A DNA stretch of 64,000 nucleotides, taken from Zancudomyces culisetae HAW-14-8. Taxonomy: Eukaryota; Fungi; Kickxellomycota. The notes beneath the pieces were generated by a model. The model did no database searches and was not told the DNA's origin. It worked only from the letters and a program-made list of their open reading frames with translations. Location of the stretch: assembly GCA_052426225.1 (NCBI GenBank), contig JBNJNM010000015.1, positions 186,001 through 250,000 on the forward strand, in the 5' to 3' direction. Below are positions 58,190-64,000 of this stretch, piece after piece (position 1 is the first letter of the stretch; every line of letters starts with the position of its first letter). The position numbers were made by a program, and so were the translations under genes.

Positions 58190-61100
58190 TCATCCTATTC
58201 CCCTTCGACTCTCTAGAGTCTCCGTACCCGATGGGCATTGGTTCAAGGGGAGTGGGACTACACTAATGTCTTTCAACACTAGGTAGCGAGGTAAAAAGGT
58301 CTCGTTAAGAAACCGGGCTGTGGAAACCACTGCTCTAACGCAAGTGGCGTTTGGATCTCGAAGAATCCCAGGTAGTTTGAGCTTTAACTCCTCCCCCAGG
58401 AGTTTACCCACGATTTTCCTGCGAAGCTCAACACACTCGGAAATCGTGCTAGATAAAAAAGAACTATAAAAATCTATAAATTCAGTAAGTAAATCCTTCC
58501 TAATTTCGTCCCATCTGCTGCAATCTAATAGGTAATGTTCAACTGTTTCTTTTTCTTCTTTCTTACAGAACGGACATTTGGCTTTGTAATCTGGATCTAT
58601 AAAACCCGAATTTGCTAATCTCGTGGCGGTCCAGAATTGACCTATTCGAATTCGACCTACGAAAAGAATGTGTTTCATGTACTGTGGAAAGGCCGCTTGT
58701 AAGTCGACCCAATTCCTTTGTCGGCCTGCTCCAACTTCCTTTATCCACTTTGTAATATTCGACTTGTCTTTCAGCCTGTTGTTTATCTCGAGTGTCTCTT
58801 TGGTTTTTCTTACCTCTCCGGTTGGTGAATTGTCAATCTTGATCCTGTTGAATCTGTTAGACCACCTTGTGTACCCTGTGACCCAAGTGTCCTTCGAGTG
58901 TTTGAAGGGGTTCTGTATTAAATCTGCTATCCATGTTTTCATGCCACTCCATTTGTGGAATGCTCTGTCTCTAGCTCTGGTCGTTCTACTGTAAATATCT
59001 GTTATATTTAATTCTTCTCGCAATCTCCTCATGCATGTCGATCTGCCCACTCCCATGGCTATTCTCAATGTGTTGTCCACGGCTTGCTGTATCGGTTTTA
59101 CCCTTGCTTCAGACATGCCGAACATTTCACCTCCATAACTAGCGACCGCAATGACTATCGACCTAATTACCATCTTTTTCATCAACAGTGGTGTATTTCT
59201 GTCTTTGAGTAGATAGTAGTTGCTCATGGTTGCTCTTTGTACTTTTTCTTTCCTCTCCTGTATGTGTAGCTTGTTATTCCAATATTTATTGAATATAACA
59301 CCCAAGTATTTATATTCATCTACTTCTGGTACTTTTGCATTTCCCAAAAAGTATTCTGGAATCGTAATTTCAATATTATTGTTATTTTCGTCGCTTGTTC
59401 TATTCACTGCTTCAACTGTCATAATCGCACTCTTGCTAGCATTCACCTTCATGTCCCACTTCTGACACCATTGCTGCATCATGTTAAGTGCTTCTTGCAT
59501 CTGTTCTGGAGTGTCTGACAATAAAACTGTATCGTCTGCAAATAGTAGTCCCGGAATTTTTTCTTGAATCCCTGGCACTTCTATTCCCTCCATTCCTTCA
59601 AATATATCGTTGATAAAAATATCAAAAAGCATTGGTGAGGCTGGGCATCCTTGGCGAACACCTCTTTCGAAGTTCATCGCCTCCGATAATCCATTTCCTA
59701 CCCTCACTTTTATCTTTGCGTTAGCGTATAATTCTTTAATTACTGTTAGCAATTTACCATTTATTTTGTTCATTTTTAATTTTTTGAATAATAAATTGTG
59801 TTGCACTTTGTCGTAGGCTTTTTCAAAATCAATAAAACAAATTATGGTTTTTGTATTATTAATTTTTCGCCTTTTTATAATTTCGTATAGAGCTGTAGCT
59901 TGAGCTACGCATTCCTCCAGTGTTCTGAATCCCGCTTGCTCTTTTGCTAATAATATATGTCTATTATCTATTAATCTTAATTTATTAGCGACTATTTTAG
60001 CTATAAGTTTGGTTATGGTTGGGATTAGCGAAATCCCCCTATAATTGTTTGGGTCTTTAGTGTTTCCTTTTTTGAAGATAGGAACGATTACGCTAGTATT
60101 GTTTTCACTGTTTAACTTTGGATTATTCCAGAATTTTTTAATTATGGTTAATAAAAGTACTGCAAGTTCCGATTCTGCATCATCATCGCTTTGTGTACTT
60201 TTCCAAACTTCGCTTGGAATGCCATCCTCTCCAGCTGCTTTATTTCTCGGTGTCTCCTTGAGTGCTTCTTTTATTTCTGTCCATGTTGGCTCTTCGTCGC
60301 ATTCTCTGAAGTAGTCCACTTCCTCCTCTCTTTCTTCTGGGATTGTGTTTAATGCTGAGTTTTCATTCTTCGATAGCTTGTAGAAATGTTTTATCCATAC
60401 TTTGAGTTTTTCTGCTTCCTCTGTTATCTCCCTTCCTGATTCATCCAGGACTCCTCCATTATTGAAAACAGATTTTTTATTTAGAGCCCTCATTTTTAAC
60501 CATCTCCACATCGTCTTGGCATCATTGCCTTTGATGTGTTCGCATAGTTTAACTAACTCCTTTTTTTTATGTAATTTTTGGTCACTTTTGATCAGTTTTG
60601 TAGTTTTGGACTTCATCTGGACGTAGTCATTATAAAACAGCTCTTTCTCGTGTTCATCACAAGTTCTGAGCATTTTTTTGAACAATTTGCAACGAAGTTT
60701 GATCATTTTTCGCGTTTTTTTACTTAAAAAATGTTGATTTTTTTTGGCTTCGGAATTTTTTTCGGCCAATTTCTCATTATTTTTTGGGTTTGGATTATTT
60801 TTTCTTGTCATCTTATCCATCAATTTTTTAGTCTCATTGACGGTTTCACTGATTAGTTCGTCAGTTTCGTTAAGAGATGTCAAAATTGAAAATTTATTGT
60901 GAGTTCTGAACAGTTCTGATTTTTGGTCCAATAGTTTCCGGTTGACAATTTTTTTTTGCTGCTCTGGTTTAATTTCCTCAATGGTAAAGTTGGCTGTAAT
61001 AGCCAGATGGTCGCTGAGGTCAATTTTTTTGTGTAGTTTTGTTGTCACGAATTGTCCTACTGTGGGGGTATAAAAGATGTGGTCGATGGTGTTCTTCAGT

Positions 61101-61936
61101 CGCTTTTTTGTTATCCTTGTCCCGCTTCGTTTCCTTGTCGGGGCTCTCCTGACTATACACCTGAGTTTTTTTAGCCAAGGGGTTACTATACTTGTCCTCA
61201 TATTGAAGTCGCCGCATAGTATTATTTTTATTTCCTTATTTTTCCCGTATTCCTTGTTGATAAAGTCCTCTACCTCCTTCTTCATCATAGTTCTTTCTTT
61301 TGGTTTGTGTGGCGTGTGTACATTCACTACCATCACTTCCAGTCTTTTATGCTCCTTTTCTGTATATCCATGTATTTTTGCGGCCATCCAGGTATTATTA
61401 TTTTTATACTCCTCTATGTGCCAGCCAATATTTTTTTTTACCCCCACTAGAAGACCAGAACCCGTCTTTAGTGTCGGCCTTTTTGACTCTACACATGTGT
61501 AGCCATTTATGTTCATCCTCCCAGACTTCTCCTGCAGGTGGGTCTCCTGCAAGCATAGTATGGTTGGATTTACTTTGGTTAAAAAATAATCTAATTCATA
61601 TTTTTTATTTTTTATTGAGCATACGTTGTATGTCATTATTTTTAGGTTAATTTTTTCATTTTTTTTTTCAATTTTTTTTTGGTATAAATTTTTTGTTTTT
61701 TTGTTTTTTAAATTTTTCTCTCTTTCATTTTTATTTTCTTCAACTTTTAGTATACACTTTAATTTTTTTTCCAACTCCAATTTTTTTAGGGCGGACAATC
61801 GAATCAAGGACATATCGATTTTTTGGATTTCGAAGCGGTAAGATTTATTTTTCTGTTTAATTTTTTTGACGTGTAGATTTTTTTTTTCGATTTTTGTGAT
61901 GAACGAAAAAAAATATTTTACAGTTTTCTGAGACAA
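58190..61936 (-). CDS. LINE ORF2: AP endonuclease + reverse transcriptase + C-terminal CCHC (first ATG at 61813)
   Basis: MTYNV, LCLQET, GDFN, IDHI, SDH; KAAGEDG, NYRGISL, QAGFR, FIDFEKAYD, GVRQGCPASP, LFADD, YKYLG; CPFC...HYLLDC. Confidence 0.96.
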   Translation of the reverse strand: MSQKTVKYFFSFITKIEKKNLHVKKIKQKNKSYRFEIQKIDMSLIRLSALKKLELEKKLKCILKVEENKNEREKNLKNKKTKNLYQKKIEKKNEKINLKIMTYNVCSIKNKKYELDYFLTKVNPTILCLQETHLQEKSGRMNINGYTCVESKRPTLKTGSGLLVGVKKNIGWHIEEYKNNNTWMAAKIHGYTEKEHKRLEVMVVNVHTPHKPKERTMMKKEVEDFINKEYGKNKEIKIILCGDFNMRTSIVTPWLKKLRCIVRRAPTRKRSGTRITKKRLKNTIDHIFYTPTVGQFVTTKLHKKIDLSDHLAITANFTIEEIKPEQQKKIVNRKLLDQKSELFRTHNKFSILTSLNETDELISETVNETKKLMDKMTRKNNPNPKNNEKLAEKNSEAKKNQHFLSKKTRKMIKLRCKLFKKMLRTCDEHEKELFYNDYVQMKSKTTKLIKSDQKLHKKKELVKLCEHIKGNDAKTMWRWLKMRALNKKSVFNNGGVLDESGREITEEAEKLKVWIKHFYKLSKNENSALNTIPEEREEEVDYFRECDEEPTWTEIKEALKETPRNKAAGEDGIPSEVWKSTQSDDDAESELAVLLLTIIKKFWNNPKLNSENNTSVIVPIFKKGNTKDPNNYRGISLIPTITKLIAKIVANKLRLIDNRHILLAKEQAGFRTLEECVAQATALYEIIKRRKINNTKTIICFIDFEKAYDKVQHNLLFKKLKMNKINGKLLTVIKELYANAKIKVRVGNGLSEAMNFERGVRQGCPASPMLFDIFINDIFEGMEGIEVPGIQEKIPGLLFADDTVLLSDTPEQMQEALNMMQQWCQKWDMKVNASKSAIMTVEAVNRTSDENNNNIEITIPEYFLGNAKVPEVDEYKYLGVIFNKYWNNKLHIQERKEKVQRATMSNYYLLKDRNTPLLMKKMVIRSIVIAVASYGGEMFGMSEARVKPIQQAVDNTLRIAMGVGRSTCMRRLREELNITDIYSRTTRARDRAFHKWSGMKTWIADLIQNPFKHSKDTWVTGYTRWSNRFNRIKIDNSPTGEVRKTKETLEINNRLKDKSNITKWIKEVGAGRQRNWVDLQAAFPQYMKHILFVGRIRIGQFWTATRLANSGFIDPDYKAKCPFCKKEEKETVEHYLLDCSRWDEIRKDLLTEFIDFYSSFLSSTISECVELRRKIVGKLLGEELKLKLPGILRDPNATCVRAVVSTARFLNETFLPRYLVLKDISVVPLPLNQCPSGTETLESRRGIG

Positions 61937-62042
61937 TTCTGGTATGTTGAGTACCAGTAGTTTATCAGTTATGATATTTGTTGTTATTTTTGTTTGTGTT
62001 GTTGTTGTTATAATGATGTAATTCTGTTACTTGAATAGGATG

Positions 62043-63674
62043 TTAATCCATTACATTTATCGGAGATGAAGGAGGGTCTTCCTCCATCTCCGCATCATGG
62101 ATGCTGGGACCGATTTGATTGCTGTTGTCTTGATCCGGAGGTTTTCCGGTTCCGCTGTCTTCCGCCTCGCCGTGTGGTGCCTCTTGCTGGTTTTGCGTTT
62201 GATTCTGTTCCTGTGCTTGCTGTTGTTCTTGTACTTGGTGTTGTTCTTGTACTTGGTGTTGTTCTTGTACTTGGTGTTGTTCTTGTACTTGGTGTTGTTC
62301 CCGTGCTTGTTGTTGCTCCTGTGGTTGTGTTTCCATTGCCACTTCCCCTTCCAACGTAAGTATATTTATTTCGGTTCTTATAGCTTCCTCCTTTTCTTTA
62401 TTTGCAATCTTCTGCGCGAGTATTAAGAATGCTTTGTCCTCTTTAACTTTCTTTTGTTTGTTGTTTTTTTTGTTTGTTTTTTGTTTCAATATTTTATATT
62501 TTTGTGTGTTTGTTTTTTTCCTGATTATGTTGTTATTAAAAAGAACATCATTAATAATATTTTCCACTTCCATGTTTTCTTGTTTCAGCTCATGTTCTTG
62601 TCTTAGAACTTCCTCTTCATCTTGTTCTTGCTTTTTTTTTTGTATTTCCGAGTCGTATCCTTCATCCATAAGGTTTTCGTAGTTATCAATAAAATTTGTG
62701 TTCACCATTTCTTTTTCTTGTTGTACCTCTTTCTGCTCCTGATGTTGAGCTGAGACTCGATCTTTTTTTTGTTTTCCCTTCTGTTCTTGTGGTTGTGGTT
62801 GTGCTGAGGCTTGGTCTTTTACCCGTCCCTTTTCTTTTGTTCTTTCCTTTACTTTTTGATTTTCTTGTTCGCTCCCTTTTTGTCGCTCTTGTTCGATCTG
62901 GTTTTTGCCTTTTTCGATGATGTTCATCATCTCCCTGTACTTGTCCGGTCTGCCTCTTTTCCTTAGTTTTGCCAGTTCAGGGCACTCGCTTTTCCAGTGG
63001 CCTTCCTTCTTGCAGTATGTGCATGAAGCTGGGGCCCCATCCCAGATAAGATTGACCTTCTCATCTTTTACTACTAACGTGGTGGGCAATATGGCTAAGT
63101 CGTGCATCTTAATCAATACTTTTAAGCTATTGACAAAGAAATGGTTGTTGCCCGGCACCCTCAGTGCCATTATATCTGCAACTTCACCATACTGACTTAG
63201 CTCTTCGTACAAATTCTTCACAAAGCCATGTATTTCATCATTCTTAAAGGATGGTATAGTTACCACCTTCGTCTTTTCTGAATGTTGGAAAGTGTTATAC
63301 AGGTTTAGCTCCTTTCCTGTTATTGTTTCCTCAATTTTTCTGGCCTCTTCTGCTTCTTCCAGTGTTGTGAACCAGACAAACAGGACGCCTCTTTCTCTAT
63401 CTTGGTCAAATGAGATTTCAAAATCTTTTAAGGTATCAGATATCTCTCTCACTGCCGCGTCATAGTTCTCATTGATACTTCTAGTTCTGATGGCGAATTT
63501 TCGCTCATCTCTAGTTCTGCATACCATCATGTTTCCTACATTGGGTCTCTCATCGACCCAGTATAGGACGGAGTATTGTTGGTAGAGCACCGCTCTTCCT
63601 CCCCTTGCAGCTTGGTAGCTGCCACTTTGCGCAGTTTGCGCGTAAGACTTTTCTTTCGTCTGCGTTGATGCCAT
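62043..63674 (-). CDS. LINE ORF1 (RRM-like region + CCHC zinc knuckle + Q/E-rich tail)
   Basis: CTYCKKEGHWKSEC knuckle; located upstream of ORF2; SYAQTA N-terminal motif. Confidence 0.92.
   Translation of the reverse strand: MASTQTKEKSYAQTAQSGSYQAARGGRAVLYQQYSVLYWVDERPNVGNMMVCRTRDERKFAIRTRSINENYDAAVREISDTLKDFEISFDQDRERGVLFVWFTTLEEAEEARKIEETITGKELNLYNTFQHSEKTKVVTIPSFKNDEIHGFVKNLYEELSQYGEVADIMALRVPGNNHFFVNSLKVLIKMHDLAILPTTLVVKDEKVNLIWDGAPASCTYCKKEGHWKSECPELAKLRKRGRPDKYREMMNIIEKGKNQIEQERQKGSEQENQKVKERTKEKGRVKDQASAQPQPQEQKGKQKKDRVSAQHQEQKEVQQEKEMVNTNFIDNYENLMDEGYDSEIQKKKQEQDEEEVLRQEHELKQENMEVENIINDVLFNNNIIRKKTNTQKYKILKQKTNKKNNKQKKVKEDKAFLILAQKIANKEKEEAIRTEINILTLEGEVAMETQPQEQQQAREQHQVQEQHQVQEQHQVQEQHQVQEQQQAQEQNQTQNQQEAPHGEAEDSGTGKPPDQDNSNQIGPSIHDAEMEEDPPSSPINVMD
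62205..62320 (-). repeat. 18-nt coding minisatellite (QEQHQV) in LINE ORF1
   Basis: tgttgttcttgtacttgg repeated four times plus degenerate units. Confidence 0.85.
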
Positions 63675-64000
63675 ATCTTCGCAGACGTTTCTTGGTTTTT
63701 TTGTTTTTGGATCAGTTAAATTTGGTAGATTTGGGTTTAAATTTATGTTCAGTTGGACTAAATGTGTTGAGATCAGTACTAATCTCGGTTTAGACGTGTT
63801 TTTTATGAGTTTTTTATGACCTTTTGGGTACTTTTTACTATGTTTTTTGGGTTTTTTATAACTTTTTTTGTTATCTTTTTGTTATCTTTTTATGTTTTTT
63901 CTTATGTTTTTTTATTGCTATATATCTTTTTTTTTCTTATGGTTTTTAATGTTTTTAGGCTTGTTTTAAAGGTAATATTTTATTTAAGATGTTGTGTGAT

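Larger units (their letters stand above)
58105..64000 (-). mobile_element. LINE (APE-type non-LTR retrotransposon) family A with both ORFs intact; 5' end not resolved
   Basis: Poly(A) tail at 58105..58120, intact ORF2 and ORF1, A-rich 5' UTR running toward the window edge. Confidence 0.95.

Overview
AT-rich eukaryotic DNA with short GT-AG introns, most consistent with an early-diverging fungus (Harpellales/Kickxellomycotina-like; this is inference from gene content and transposon types). The left half (1-33 kb) carries housekeeping genes: a partial CDK5RAP1/MiaB methylthiotransferase, SEC6, RFC1, a low-complexity hypothetical protein, TRS130/TRAPPC10 and an FSH1/OVCA2 hydrolase. These are separated by two long gene-poor spacers, each hiding one member of a pair of homologous ~40-aa ORFs too short for the ORF track. 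Three tRNA genes follow, two of them as an Asp-Leu tandem. The right half (35-64 kb) is an accessory, transposon-rich region. It holds a LINE-ORF1-like orphan next to a LINE 3' tail, an F-box-like/ankyrin pseudogene, an intact DIRS1-type tyrosine-recombinase retrotransposon with extreme ORF overlap, a divergent cytochrome P450, a secreted Gly/Asn repeat protein and several LINE copies (one with both ORFs intact). The LINE copies share a covarying 3' RNA structure. Best novelty candidates: the micropeptide pair, the ~900-codon dual-coding DIRS ORF, the LINE 3' structure and a possible ORF1-only (HAL1-like) element.
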